A stretch of 63,994 bases of DNA, counting the filler, from Lenisia limosa (taxonomy: Eukaryota; Protista; Breviatea): assembly GCA_001655205.1 (NCBI GenBank). It is 12 parts of 12 records of this genome, joined end to end, with 100 filler letters (N's around TTAATTAATTAA, not from the genome) between each part and the next. Parts side by side here need not be neighbours in the genome. Positions count along the whole stretch, not along the records: positions 47,574 to 51,768 come from LPNZ01000588.1; positions 51,869 to 58,204 come from LPNZ01006591.1; positions 58,305 to 60,009 come from LPNZ01008247.1; positions 60,110 to 62,078 come from LPNZ01009788.1; 8 more parts are not named here. One strand, written 5' to 3'. A program made the translations under genes and the position numbers. Below, piece by piece: positions 47,971 to 60,906 of this stretch (its first letter is position 1; the number at the start of each line of letters is the position of its first letter). Below the pieces are notes generated by a model. It was given only the letters and a program-made list of their open reading frames with translations, was not told where the DNA came from and made no database searches.

Positions 47971-50900
47971 TCAGACCACATCAGCCTGATCGATTTGAGC
48001 GATTTCAATACAGGTTCTTGGAGGGAGGCCCAGACACGCAGCCACAAAAGGCGCTCCAAGTGAACATGCCAGAGAAAGCGCGTTGAAACCTGGGGGGGGG
48101 GGATCTCTGTTAACAACATATGAGGGTTGAAGCCTGATATACTCGGTCAATAATTGGAGAGAGGCAAGAGGTTTGAAGACAAATGGAAATTTAAGCCTAC
48201 CATCATTATTTTCAATATGAAGACTGGCACCCCTGGAAACTAGAGCGCATATAACTCCAACATGGCCCTGGATAGGATTAAAACTGAACCAGATAATCAA
48301 TTAATATTAAAAAAGAAAATTAGAATTAGGAATTGTGAAGTTGGACATATTTTAGTGAAACTTAATAAACTGAATTATTTGATAACTGTTTTTTGAACTT
48401 GAGAAATAATATAGCTTTTGAAACCTAAGGAAACAAATAAATACATAGAGATACAATAAACAAATTACCATACTAGCTCATCATAGAAACGCCAGCCCCC
48501 GACCATAGAAACCGCAGTATGTAGCGGGGTTTGGCCGAAAGCATCCGGACTCAAACTGCAGCCCGGTGCTTCGTTGAGCAGTTTCGAGATGCTTTGGTTG
48601 TCGTCGTTTCGAAGGGCAACGGACAGCGGATTGTCTAAATCCGTAAATTTATGGTGCTTGTCTGGTTGTGTTCTTGTGTGCACTTGTTTACCTGTGTTGT
48701 TATAGAACCGAAACATCATGGTATGGACGGCTTTGGCTTGTTATTGTGCTTTTGAACTTTATCTCTTTCGCAGTAGATCTCTATTGAAACTAGTAGAGTA
48801 CTGTTATTGTTCGCTGAGAGTACACGTAACAAATGTTGTATTTTTATGAAAGAAATAAAACTATATTGACAAATAAAAGTCAGATTTTGGCATAGAAGAC
48901 CAGAGTGCCAAACCCCACGTACCACCGCTGACTGCCTGGGGCTCAACGTAATTATCGGGCAAAAAAGCAAGGTAGTTCTCGGCGGCTGAACCAAAGTGAA
49001 AAGGTATCCCTAGCTATTATTTAATATAATTTTTGAAGAAAACAATTGCCAAAATTTGAAATTAAAGTGACTGAATGAGGTTCTCGTTACCCCCTTGAAA
49101 TATTGAAATTAATTTTTCAATTAAATGCATGGAGCCCTGATTCTTGGTCTTCAACAACGAGAAAGATGCAAAAATAAGGGGTAGGGGGAGGAAGCCTCTT
49201 CAATCTTTACATTAGAGCTTCTGTAGTAATGTTTAAAATCTCGAGAAAACATGATAAATGTTGAAAAATCCACGAAAACTATCGAAAATATCTGTATAAT
49301 GTATATATAAGGAACTATCGATAATGTCCGTATATAAGGAAGCCTCCTTCACCTACCCTGTGTTTCTTCACAAGTCTCTCTATTGCTCGCAGTGTATTCC
49401 TTGAGAAGGTGAGGCAAAGCCTATCATATACCAAATTATATGTATTATTCGGGTCTTCTTAAAAGAGTGTTTCATGCACCCCAACCACTTCGGAAGCATC
49501 GGCCACTTCGAAAGCATCGGAAGCTGGGGCCGCCACCGGGCTGACCAAAGTACCGTGCGATGATGGTCGAACCTGGTTTTCAGGGGCCTTGGAGGCGTAC
49601 GAGGGGACACTTGATGTTACCATCTATGGGGGGGTTGGAAAATATATGAAACAAAAGCCTTAAGGAGGTGGGGGTAAGATCATCACTAGGGCTTCCCTGC
49701 GAAAAAAGACCGTTTAAATATCGATTTTTATCGAGGTTTTGGTTGAGCGAATTAGCATTAGACTATAATCCAATATTTCATGAACATGATGGTTCGGATA
49801 GCTTCGGCCATACACTATAATCCAATATCTCATTATTGAAGTTCTGTCATTAATAAGAACAATTCCACAATGCCCAATATGAATCAGATTCCTGAAAAAA
49901 TCGGTCCTGATACCAGTATACTATACATACAAGGGGTGAAAGGATTTTAAAAATAATATTATGGAAAAATAAGAATACCTGGGGAGTATCAGGGGTGCAT
50001 TCGTTCTCAGAATAGGTGACAAGGAAAGCCGCAAGCTCAGCCTCACGTCCTACAGGATTAAAAAACCAACTTTCTCAATCTCTTCAAAAAAAGTGTCATT
50101 ATAAGGTGTGGTTTTTAATAATATTTCTTATATCAATCTCATATTCCTACATCATATGGTATCCAAAAACTATCAGGCCATCAGTCCAAAAAGGCTTACA
50201 GTGGCGGTCTTTATCAGTAGGAGTATTTCATCATACAATGACCGGGATAATTTTCCTTCGGAAATCATATAACAAATCGGTCAAGACTTATCTCAGTTAC
50301 GGTGTATCATAGAAGATAAAAAGAAACAAAACCAACGATACCCTCTCCTACCATTTTGCCCGTAGTATGACCTGAACACACTTCGAGCTAAACAACAGTC
50401 AAGATAGTGTGAAGAAAAACAGACCTCTCTGCTAATTTGATTTTATCATATCCCTTTCAATTATATCCCTATGTTATATTTATTTGCTGTTTTTCATGCT
50501 CTGAAAAAGAAAGGAGTCAGAAATAGAAACTCAAGAATCTGGCCAAATAACATCACATTTATGTAAGGAATATTGAATTATATCATCTAACCAAAGCTGC
50601 CAACACCACTATGTTTATAAGAGATAATGATTATCATGCCGAAACTATCCAAACAATCATGTTACATCATTTTCGGATATATTCAGCCAAATGCCGTTCA
50701 TCAAGTAATATCCACCCACCCCCACCAGCATCATTAGCTTCTTTGCCGCTACTTCCAACTTTCCTGTAGTAGGCCTTGATGAACTCTTCGGGGACTGGGG
50801 TTTGTCTGTGTCGGGTAAAAGAAATGAGAGAGGCTAACCTGCATATGCAGGGTAAAAGATTGTTTTATACGCAGCTAATATATGCATAAGCAGGGTAAAG

Positions 50901-51700
50901 GATTGTTAATCTACAAAACTAGAGTGAGTACACCGTGACCAGGATAAGTCTTGACCGATTTGCTATGTGCATTTCCCAAGGAAAATAGGTCAAGGCTTAT
51001 CCTGGTCACTGCATCTCCAAATCATTCCATCACATTTCTTATTGTTTTGAGGAAATGAGAAATAAACATGGTATTATCCTGGTCAACACTGTCTACACCC
51101 GCCTTGGTCTGCAACATCATATCCCATAGAAACTCTGTTTTCTTGGTTATCCGGTTCTATTCTCAGGAGATGATTATGATGATTTAATTAAACTTGTTTA
51201 CCCTAGAATCCACTAACCCAAATTTGATGGTAAGTCAAGAACATGCATGCAAATTGATCTGTATTCCACATATCTGCCAACTCTATGCTCTTCTTATCCT
51301 AGACAGAGCCCCTTACTGCTTGTCAGAAGGTGACGGAGGAGGAGATGTGAGGGTCTTCAAGGACTGCTTGAGCTTGTGAAACATCTTCTTCGGATCTTCT
51401 TCCTCAAAATCAGTTTAATGTTCTTTAAGAAGACAAGAAAAAGGCTGTCAGGTTGATGGATGGACGTCCCCCCTTGGACTCATCTCAATCAAACAATGTT
51501 GTAGGAGATGAAAGTTGTTGTGGTTGAGAGTAATTAGTCGATCCTTCAACTTTCAATCCTTTAGGGGGTAACTACAGTACAATGCAGAATTTAAACAGCA
51601 GAAAAAAAAAGGGCAGTCGAGGGCAAGTGTAGAGGGTCGAAGGGTTGTTTTTTTTTTGACGTCAACTGGTACAACTTTGCAGAGGCCCAGCTACATTCCA
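47971..51700 (-). CDS. Ankyrin-repeat protein, multi-exon, partial
   Basis: DNPLSVALRNDDNQSISKLLNEAPGCSLSPDAFGQTPLHTAVSM|GHVGVICALVSRGASLHIENNDG|FNALSLAC ankyrin repeats. Linkage of the upstream exons (to ~51700) is less certain. Confidence 0.75.
50933..51011. mobile_element. MITE family C copy
   Basis: CCGTGACCAGGATAAGTCTTGACC...GGTCAAGGCTTATCCTGGTCACTG. Confidence 0.82.
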
Positions 51701-51993
51701 AGTCTTTACCCCCCTCCCTCTCCCTTCTTCAATCAGTGTAACAAGCTGACCTTGGATTCACTTATATCNNNNNNNNNNNNNNNNNNNNNNNNNNNNNNNN
51801 NNNNNNNNNNNNTTAATTAATTAANNNNNNNNNNNNNNNNNNNNNNNNNNNNNNNNNNNNNNNNNNNNCCCCCCCCCCCCCCCGACCCTCGTGTGTTGTC
51901 AGCTTTTTTTGTTTCATAAATTTTCCAATTCCGCCCCCCTCACACACATAAATTTTCCATTTTAATTTTCCAATTTTACTCCCCCCCCCCCAG

Positions 51994-53930
51994 GTTCAAT
52001 ACGGTGTCATGGGAGGTGCAAGACTCACAAGGTGCTGACCCCGAGGGAACTCTGGACGCGATTAATCAGTACAAAAGGAACCTCAGGAAGTTTGATGATG
52101 ACTCTTATCGCGTAGGGGAGTGGGGGCATGTCTATGATACAACTTCCTTTTTTATTCTTTTTGCTTCTTCTATGGAAGAAAAAGTACAAATTGTAGACTC
52201 AAGAAATACATAGCGATACTATATTTTAATTATCAAAAGCTATAAGTATTGTGTATTGCCATTCATTGGCAACATAACCTCAAGAGAAAACGAGGTCAAG
52301 TTACCTGCTACAGGATACCCAAGCGGAGATTCAGCATAAGAAATCCGTGAAGAGCCTCAACAAACACGTTTCAGGACGGATCTTTGACTATACCCGCACA
52401 CCATACAACGCCATCACCGGCGAGTCTGATCACCCCATCGATGTTGTTGTAAGCAGGGTGACGATCAGATCTTTGCATATTGATATTTGGAAAAATCGAA
52501 TATCGCCCCTCCACAAACATCAAGTATAGTGAATATCGCCCCTCCACAAACATCAAGGATATTGAATATCGCCCCTCCACAAACATCAAGGATATTGATA
52601 ATAGTATAACAATTCACCAAAACCTTAGAAAAAGAGTCTATTTCTCACCTCCAAGAAAAAGATGGGCTCAACATACGTTGACGAAAACGCGGCATCTATT
52701 GCGATCCAGTCCCTCCCTGGTTTGCTGGTGTTGACAGCTTTGTACGCTGAAAAAGGAGAAATACAATATTATATCATATCTGAGATTGGAAACCGCATCG
52801 ATTGGTCCCTTTCAACTTTCGGTGGACTATTACACCCATATTTCTCTCCTTTTGTGGATAGACATTTCATTTTGGAACTTTTTTTTTTTTTTCCGGGTTT
52901 ACGACTTTAGGCCGAGGAGGCAGCTACGCAGGCTCCTACGCCAATTCGTACGCAGAAGGCGGTAACCTGTCCCGCGGCTACAGCTACGCCGGCGAGTCTT
53001 TCAAGGAGCTCGAGGGAATTGCTGAGAAGGAGCGAGTGGTAGGCGGAACCCCCGAAGATTGTTTTTTTCTGAGAATTGTGTATCTTGTAGTCCCATTGCA
53101 TGTGTTCTTAAACANNNNNNNNNNNNNNNNNNNNNNNNNNNNNNNNNNNNNNNNNNNNNNNNNNNNNNNNNNNNNNNNNNNNNNNNNNNTATATTGCATA
53201 TCCATTCACTACCCACTACCATACGACACTCACATAGTATGATATATTATAATCTCATTTTCCTTGTCACTCTCTTATGACACATTTCTTACAATATAGA
53301 CCCCCCAGAGGTTCGGCCGCCGTGCTTCAGTTGCGAGTTGTGGCTACTCCGCCATCCACGCGCGCACGCCAGTTCGTCGCGCCATGAGCGTTGGCGCTGT
53401 AAGCGTCGGTAGTGCCGGGAGCCGCGCCGCTGGATACACCGAAAGTACTTATGGTGGGAGGGGGGGGCAATAGCTTTCCGTTTTTGACATCTAAGATTTA
53501 ACTCTTCAAACCCTCCGTCAAATACGTTTTTAACCAAGTTGATTTTATCGTNNNNNNNNNNNNNNNNNNNNNNNNNNNNNNNNNNNNNNNNNNNNNNNNN
53601 NNNNNNNNNNNNNNNNNNNNNNNNNNNNNNNNNNNNNNNNNNNNNNNNNNNNNNNNNNNNNNNNNNNNNNNNNNNNNNNNNNNNNACGCCAACTTGCGCG
53701 CATCAAAAACATCTCTCAATTCTCCAGTCGTGGGGGGGGGGCTTAACTAACAAAGGTCCTTGTATATGTAAAAACATGGGGTCTCAAGATGTACCTTTAC
53801 TTTTCAGTCTCGGCGCTCCAACCGTGAGCCGACGTCCCCCACGTACTCCAGACCCTCTGGATCTCGTAGATCGGATCGCCAACGCGGACAAAGTCTCCCG
53901 GTACGGACAGGCCTGAATTCCTTTTGCAAC
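51994..53930 (+). CDS. Unidentified multi-exon protein (Gly/Ser/Tyr- and Arg-rich exons)
   Basis: GT-AG exons FNTVSWEVQDSQGADPEGTLDAINQYKRNLRKFDDDSYR, HKKSVKSLNKHVSGRIFDYTRTPYNAITGESDHPIDVVVSR, GRGGSYAGSYANSYAEGG and RFGRRASVASCGYSAIHARTP. Confidence 0.55.
52498..52596. repeat. 33-bp tandem repeat x3
   Basis: GAATATCGCCCCTCCACAAACATCAAG units start at 52498, 52531 and 52564. Confidence 0.92.
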
Positions 53931-55125
53931 CAAAACAGTAGTGATGCAATGATATGATATCTGGGGTGAAACTTTTCGTTGTTTTTAGGAGAGAAGAGTT
54001 ATTAATTGTTGTGTAAGCTCATTATAACAAGATGTAAGGGGCAATATTGGGCTAAACAAATAATTCCCTATCACATTATTGTTTTTAATTTAACATCTTC
54101 CAGAAAACTGAGGGAATATCAAACATCTAGATTTGACATTGATTTGACATTCCTTCTGTGTATTGTTGACCGATTTAGGCCTCCCGTGCATCCTCTGTTC
54201 AAATTGGTCCTGACGGCTTCCAAGCTGCATAGAACTGCAATACTCATGTTTCTTTTTCTTTCTTTCGTTTCTTTTGTCTGTAAACTCTCTATGTGTGTTA
54301 TCAATGGACTGACTAGGTGCTCATGTGTGTTGTCGACCAATTATCATTTGGGATCTTTACAGAATAGAATCTGGTGGTGGGAGTATGAGAATCTGGTGCT
54401 TAGAAATCTGGTAAGTATGCACCAAGCCCTGGTCGGTGGATGCATGATGCACGAACCATTCGACTCACCCGTTTAATTATAATATTTGCTGCCAACAATA
54501 ACCGCTGCTTTGCCATTGCCCAAAATTGTATCGTTTTTATCAAATCCAAAAGTAAAAAAATTTGTCCTAACATCCAATACTGTGACCCTTGCTTAACATT
54601 GGTATTGCAAAAACAGATATCACTGCAAAAAAAACAGTTGACACTTGAAAAGAAAGAATGAATAAATAAAACTCCAAATTTATACAAATATACAACTCAA
54701 CTACACAACCCTAACATAACTACTGCTTTTTGAAGTACTTTTTTATTCCTTTCTCCTCCGAAGGCTTAGTCTGATTGAACACGGGAACAGCCTAAAACTA
54801 TCAGAAACAATTTGTTCGCAGAGTAGATCATATATTGAAATATGTACAGAAATACAACATAACTAACTGCTCAACAAATATTTCCAAAACCTGGCTCAGT
54901 CGAAGGGAAAAAAGAACCGTAAACAAGCATGACTTGCGTGATTTAGTTTCGTATATTAAAAGTAATATTATTGATAAAAGAGAACAACAACTATGATTTT
55001 CATAATGACCAAACTCTAAGTTAAATTCTAGTTAAGTAATAAAAGATGATGTCACCGTTCGATATTTGTGACAATTTTCTCAAACTATATTCTGCTTTAA
55101 AAAGGGTTCGAAAAGAATTTCCTTA

Positions 55126-58100
55126 CTAGGAAAACCTGCTCACTGACAAAAATCTACCGCTCACAGGAATAAAAAGGATATCAAGCTCTTCCTGAGGGAG
55201 GAACTGTCTTGCCAGAGCCCCCACAGACGTGCCTCTTGGGATCACCCCCACGTCTTTCATGGACTGAGCCACGTCATCTGAAAAGTAAGACTGTTCCAAA
55301 AGAGGAAGGTTCAAAAGTAGGCTGTTCCAAAAGAGGAAGGTTCAAAAGTAGGCTGTTCCAAAAGAGGAAGGTCAAAAAGTAAGCCAAACCACCACAAACC
55401 AGAGGTGACGTGGGAGGTTTTTCGAAGGGCTGAGCGGGCCTCTAAGTCCTCGGAAAGCCACTTCAAGAAAGAATTTGCGCTAAATGGTCAATACAATGAC
55501 AACTGGTATTCTAATAAAACAGTTAGTAACTGAAGAATGCTCGATCGGAATTTTCCAGGTCTTACTTATGGTGTCAAGATGTTCAAATTCGTACTTTCTG
55601 TATAATATGATAAAACTGTTACACTTACTGCTTTTATCCAAAATTTGTTAATCCCATACAATACCACCTTCAAAAACCTCACAAAATATCATCAAAACCA
55701 AACCCACTATTGAGCAATATCGTCTTTTGTTCCTGGGGGTGGAGGACCACGGGCAGAAAATGATGTATATTCCGCAGCCAGAGGCGCGTGGGGTAGACGA
55801 GGCACCAAATCGCCATAGTCACTGGTGCTGCAAGGAATAAGATATGGTGGGAAGAGATGGGAGAAGGAATAAGCATGCAAAGAAGAAAGAAGAGGAGGGA
55901 GGAAGAAAGAAGAAGAAGGAAGTTGAACAAGGGAACAGGAAGGAAGAGAAGGGGGAAGAGGAGTGAATGAAGAAGGAAGAAGGATATAAAAGAAGGAAGA
56001 AACAGAAACAGAAAAAAGGAGGGAAAGATAAAGAGTCAGAGGAGTAATACTGTGTTCACACTTCTTTCTTTCGTTCTGTGCTATACTCCTCTCAAATAGA
56101 AGTTCCAAGCCCATACAATCATATCATCCCCCCACAAGGTTTTCTTCTGCTGGACTGTTCGGCCCTTTCCAGTCCCTCGAGGGCGGCCGCGCCCCCTCTT
56201 GTCAGGATTATTCAACGACAGCTGCTCCAGCGCCGGGACAGGGAAGAGCGAATGTCGGGACTTCTTCGGGCCCTGGGGCGACATCTTCGGTACTGTCATG
56301 GGGGGTCGGGTGGTTGACGGCGGCGGCGGCATGAGGAATGACCTGAGGGGGTGAGATTGGTCGAACCAGGGGTCGAAATAAATTCGATTACGTTCGAAAG
56401 TAATCATGGAAGAAAGTAACATCCATCCATCCAATGCAATTGGAGGAAAAGACAATGAAACTCAGGAGCCAACTTGAAGGGGGAAATTCCACCATCGTCT
56501 TCCTCAGGAGACAGTGGGGACAGCGGTGACGGCGGCGTTCTCTCGGGGGACCCGGGGATCCCGGGAGGAGATGCTTCGGGCGACTTAGATGACAGGTGCG
56601 AAACAACAGCCGGTATAGGAGATGCGTCTGGGGTGGACAAGCTCGAGGATTCTGGGGTGGGGAGATGGGAGGACTTCTCTGAGGGTATTGGAGATAAGTC
56701 TGGGGTGAACTGGGGAGTAGCAATATGCAAGGATTCTGGAGTTCGGAGATGAGAGGATTCTGGAGTTCGGAGATGGGAGAATTCTGGGGTGCGAAGATGG
56801 GAGGATTCTGGGGTCGACTTTGTAGGTAAGCCTGGAGGGGCTATATACGAAGATTCCACTATGTTGATTTTGGAAGATTCCACCATAGTTACCTGGGGAG
56901 ACCCTGGGGTACTTATATGGGAAGATCCTGGGGTAGGCAAATGTGAGGATTCTGGGGTACTTATCTGTGAGGATTCTGGGGTGGGGAGATGGGAGGACTT
57001 CTCTGAGGGTATTGGAGATAAGCCTGGCGTGAACTGTGGAGTAGCAATATGCGAGGATTCTGGAGTGGCAATATGAGAGGATTCTGGAGTTCGGAGATGG
57101 GAGGATTCTGGAGTTCGGAGATGGGAGGATTCTGGGATCGACTTTGTAGGTAAGCCTGGAGGGGCTATATACGAAGATTCCACTGCGCTGATTTTAGAAG
57201 ACTCCACCATAGTTACCTGGGGAGACCCTGGGGTACTTATATGGGAAGATCCTGGGGTAATCAGACCGGAAATTTGTGGGGTGGGAAGCTGTGATTGAGG
57301 GGCAACATGATGTTCTGGGGTGGACAACTTCGAGGGTTGCGGCGTAAACACTTCATACTGCGGAGTGGTGATGTGAGAAGATTCCGGCGTGGGTATGCGG
57401 GTACGTGGGGTGATTAAAAGCGAAGAGTCGGGGGAAACAAAGTGTGAANNNNNNNNNNNNNNNNNNNNNNNNNNNNNNNNNNNNNNNNNNNNNNNNNNNN
57501 NNNNNNNNNNNNNNNNNNNNNNNNAGATGCGAGGATTCTGGGGTGAACACCTTGTATTGTGGAGTAGCAATATGCGAGGATTCTGGGGTAGGCAAATGCG
57601 AGGATTCTGAAGTGGCAATATGCGAGGATTCTGGAGTGGCAATATGCGAGGATTCTGGGGTGGCAACGAGTGAAGGCTCCACAGTTGTGATAGCGGGGAT
57701 TGGAGATAACCCTGGGGTGGCTATATGTGAAGTCTCTGGCGTGGGCAGATGCGAAGGAGACGTTTGGATACTGACATTGACCGGACCGGGTTGGGACTTT
57801 GGCCCCATGGGGGTGTCCGAAATAAGCTGCGAAACCTCCATTTGAGGAGTCACGTGCCTGGTGTCAGTGACGTCACGCGTTGGCCCGGACGGGCTTCTCT
57901 TCTCCACCGGGAGGCTCGGAGGTGGCATTTCAGACTTCTCACGGGATTGAGTAATCGGCCGAGTCTGCCGAATGTGCGGAGATACAGTGAAGGGGTGTGT
58001 CACAGAGGGGTGAGGGGACATACCGTAAGGCAGAGAGATTGGAGTGTCGTTAGTGCTCTTTCGCGACCCTTGAGAGCTTGGCGTCTGCGTAGTACTTGGT

Positions 58101-58204
58101 GTTGGCGTCTTTGTGGCACTTGTGGGTGTGGGTGTGGGTGTGGGTGTAGGAGTGGGTGTAGGAGTTGGAGTTGGAGTTGGCGTTGGCGTTGGAGTTGGCG
58201 TTGG
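55126..58204 (-). CDS. AT-hook protein with (TP)n tract and large TPESSH repeat array, partial
   Basis: (TP)n exon at 58025-58204; long exon ~57960-56475 of PESSH(I/L)(A/P/R/S)T repeats; exon 56112-56351 with KRGRGRPRG (AT-hook); exon DDVAQSMKDVGVIPRG at ~55140-55278. Confidence 0.65.
55291..55385. repeat. 31-bp tandem repeat x3 beside a minus-strand splice acceptor
   Basis: CTGTTCCAAAAGAGGAAGGTTCAAAAGTAGG units at 55291, 55322 and 55353. Confidence 0.92.
56640..57700 (-). repeat. Coding minisatellite, 24-bp unit with a 324-bp higher-order duplication
   Basis: Unit ~GAGGATTCTGG(A/G)GT(G/A)GCAATAT(G/C). Unique anchors recur 324 bp apart (56661/56985 and 56814/57138). Confidence 0.92.
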
Positions 58205-58384
58205 NNNNNNNNNNNNNNNNNNNNNNNNNNNNNNNNNNNNNNNNNNNNTTAATTAATTAANNNNNNNNNNNNNNNNNNNNNNNNNNNNNNNNNNNNNNNN
58301 NNNNCACACACACACACACACACACACACATCCCACCTTAAAAGCCTCGTAAATAGGAGGCACGTTAGGGGACATGCGATCGGG

Positions 58385-60009
58385 AATGAGCTTGAGAATA
58401 GTCGGCATTTCACTCGAACGGAACATAGACTCGGTCGGAGCAAAGTTGTTGTCGACAAACGGCTGGTTGGGCTGGATTGATGAAAATTATGAAAAGATTT
58501 ATTTGCTATAGCATAGAGAATATCGATCTTAAATGCCAAGATAAAACAAAAATAAAACAACATATATAGCATAAGTTATATCTCGCTGAAGCCGTCCAAA
58601 CCATCACGCTAAAAAAAACCCACATAGTTAGCCCTATGGCTGTGTCTGAGAGCAATGGCATCCTTAAGGTTCTCCTCGAGCACCACCACGGCGCGATTGG
58701 TGGCCTCGTTTTCCACCAATGTGGCTGCCAGAGACAGGTTGTCGTTGACCACAGCCTGGGGGGGGGGGGNNNNNNNNNNNNNNNNNNNNNNNNNNNNNNN
58801 NNNNNNNNNNNNNNNNNNNNNNNNNNNNNNNNNNNNNNNNNNNNNNNNNNNNNNCTGTACAACTTTGTCTACCCCCCTCCTACGTTCAGTCCAGCTTCAT
58901 ACGCAGTAGGATCGGCGCTACCCTAGAAATATTATTTTGAGTAGTCTTAATATTATGCTGTTGAGATATATTATTGACAATCTGATTATTTTAAAAAAAC
59001 GTGCACAAACCTGGGGGAAGACGATTTTGAGCTCCTGGAGGAGGTTTTTCCTAAGGGGGTCTCTTGAGGTGACTTGAGCCAAAGATCCGCTGAGGGCCTG
59101 AAATGTGTAAAATAATAATAAGGGGAAAAGAGCAGTTAAAAAAAAAAATAAAAAAAATACAAGGTGTGTCTGGGATTAGTCCTGACAGATTTGCTGTGTG
59201 ATTTCTCAAGCGGTCAAGACTATCCCGGTCACTGTATATTTAGTTTTCGAAGGAAAAATTAAAGGAAAAACCACCCCCACCTTGACCATCAAAATGCCAT
59301 TTCGGAGGAGGACCTCGTGATTCGGCTGTGTGGCGTGGTCCTTTAAGGCAAGTTGCAGGGCTGTAGCGTTACTAATGCCGACGGTGCGGTCGATCACTGG
59401 TTGGACAACAGTGTTGACTGCGTGAAGAACGGCGACTGCTAGGGCCTGCGGGAGAGTGAAATTGGACAATTTATGAAACAAAAAAATAAAAAAATAAAAA
59501 ACCAAATCAACTCTGTTGGCAGACAACACACAAGGATTGATACAAAACAAAGCCCTTGGGCCTGGGGGGAGTAAAATTGGATAATTTATGGGGGAAAAAA
59601 GCCCAAAATCAATTTGTTGATAACAAAACAAACAAAGCCCAGTCCAGTCGCTTCCGCAGCACCGCATCCCATCACTCCAGCGTACGGTAAAACGGAGGAA
59701 ATGTATGAAACAAACCTTTTAAATATGCATTGACGGGGAAGTCTTGACCTATTTTCTTTGGGAAATCACATAGCAAATCAGTCAAGACTTATCCCGGTCA
59801 CTGTATTAATCTTGTATTGCTCAACCCTCACCCTCACCCCCCACCCCTTCCACAAAAATTCTCACCCCCTTTCAGAAAATTAAATCTTTTATTCCGCAAC
59901 CCCCCACAGTTTTCCTCTGGGGGTTGAGAGTACCAATCAGCTTCGGGATGGTCAGGAACCGCTCAAGGCTCTCGGGCTGAATGTCGATAAAACGGGCCTC
60001 TGTGGACGG
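58385..60009 (-). CDS. CNOT1: CCR4-NOT scaffold subunit Not1, internal fragment (DUF3819 region)
   Basis: AVLHAVNTVVQPVIDRTVGISNATALQLALKDHATQP, LSGSLAQVTSRDPLRKNL and VNDNLSLAATLVENEATNRAVVVLEENLKDAIALRHSHR align in order to CNOT1 (HPVVDRSIKIA..KDFALD; MAMITCREPL; QDNCELAC..KTAVEKA). Confidence 0.85.
59170..59234. mobile_element. MITE family C copy in CNOT1 intron
   Basis: Right end GGTCAAGACTATCCCGGTCACTG|TA. Confidence 0.75.
59450..59685. repeat. Two adjacent copies of repeat family B in a CNOT1 intron
   Basis: AAATTGGA(C/T)AATTTATG..CCAAATCAA..ACAAAGCCC occurs twice (~59455 and ~59570); the second continues into the GCAGCACCGCATCCCATCACTCCAGCGTACG block. Confidence 0.82.
59728..59803. 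mobile_element. MITE family C copy
   Basis: CATTGACGGGGAAGTCTTGACC...GTCAAGACTTATCCCGGTCACTG|TA. Confidence 0.82.
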
Positions 60010-60599
60010 NNNNNNNNNNNNNNNNNNNNNNNNNNNNNNNNNNNNNNNNNNNNTTAATTAATTAANNNNNNNNNNNNNNNNNNNNNNNNNNNNNNNNNNN
60101 NNNNNNNNNAGAATCGGAGAGCAGACCAGCCACTTTCGTGAGAATCGGCTAAAAAGATCAATTGTGAGAATCGGCTATAAAAGAACAATTGTGTCAGAAC
60201 TGGCTAAAAAGATAATTGACTACTACTACCCCAACCCTATTTATATTACAATACTATAATCCAATATCTTTAGCGTGATGGTGGCTTCAGCCAGATACAA
60301 CCTTTTTTTATTTCTCATTGTTATACTACCCCAACCTCCCCCTTCCCCCATCTTCAGCAAGCTTTCACCCCACCCGAGTGATGGGATGCGGTGTTGCAAA
60401 AGCGACTGGCCCGGGCNNNNNNNNNNNNNNNNNNNNNNNNNNNNNNNNNNNNNNNNNNNNNNNNNNNNNNNNNNNNNNNNNNNNNNNNNNNNNNNNNNNN
60501 NNNNNNNNNNNNNNNNNNNNNNNNNNNNNNNNNNNNNNNNNNNNNNNNNNNNNNNNNNNNNNNNNNNNNNNNNNNNNNNNNNNNNNNNNNNNNNNNNNN

Positions 60600-60874
60600 C
60601 TTCACACAGCTTTCAGCCATATCGCAGTATTTAAGCTGCTCCGCTTCCTGAAGCGCCTTCTTCCGAAGTAACTGGGCGTTTTCCCTCTGAAGATCGAAGC
60701 GCAGGAACACCATGGCCTGTTTCTCCGCTTGGAGGTCGGGGTGCTCGCTAAGGTAGTGTCTGAGTGGTGAGTATCGTGAATGATATGATGGTGATATGGT
60801 GGTGATATATATAATGATGATGATGGGGGTTATGGTGATGATGATGATGATGGAGATGATGATGGTGATAGTGA

Positions 60875-60906
<32 letters not shown>

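Noticed and set aside
52498-57700. CRISPR-like arrays (31-33 bp repeats, 24-bp array)
   Set aside because: Head-to-tail tandem repeats with no unique spacers, in a eukaryotic intron/exon context with no cas genes.
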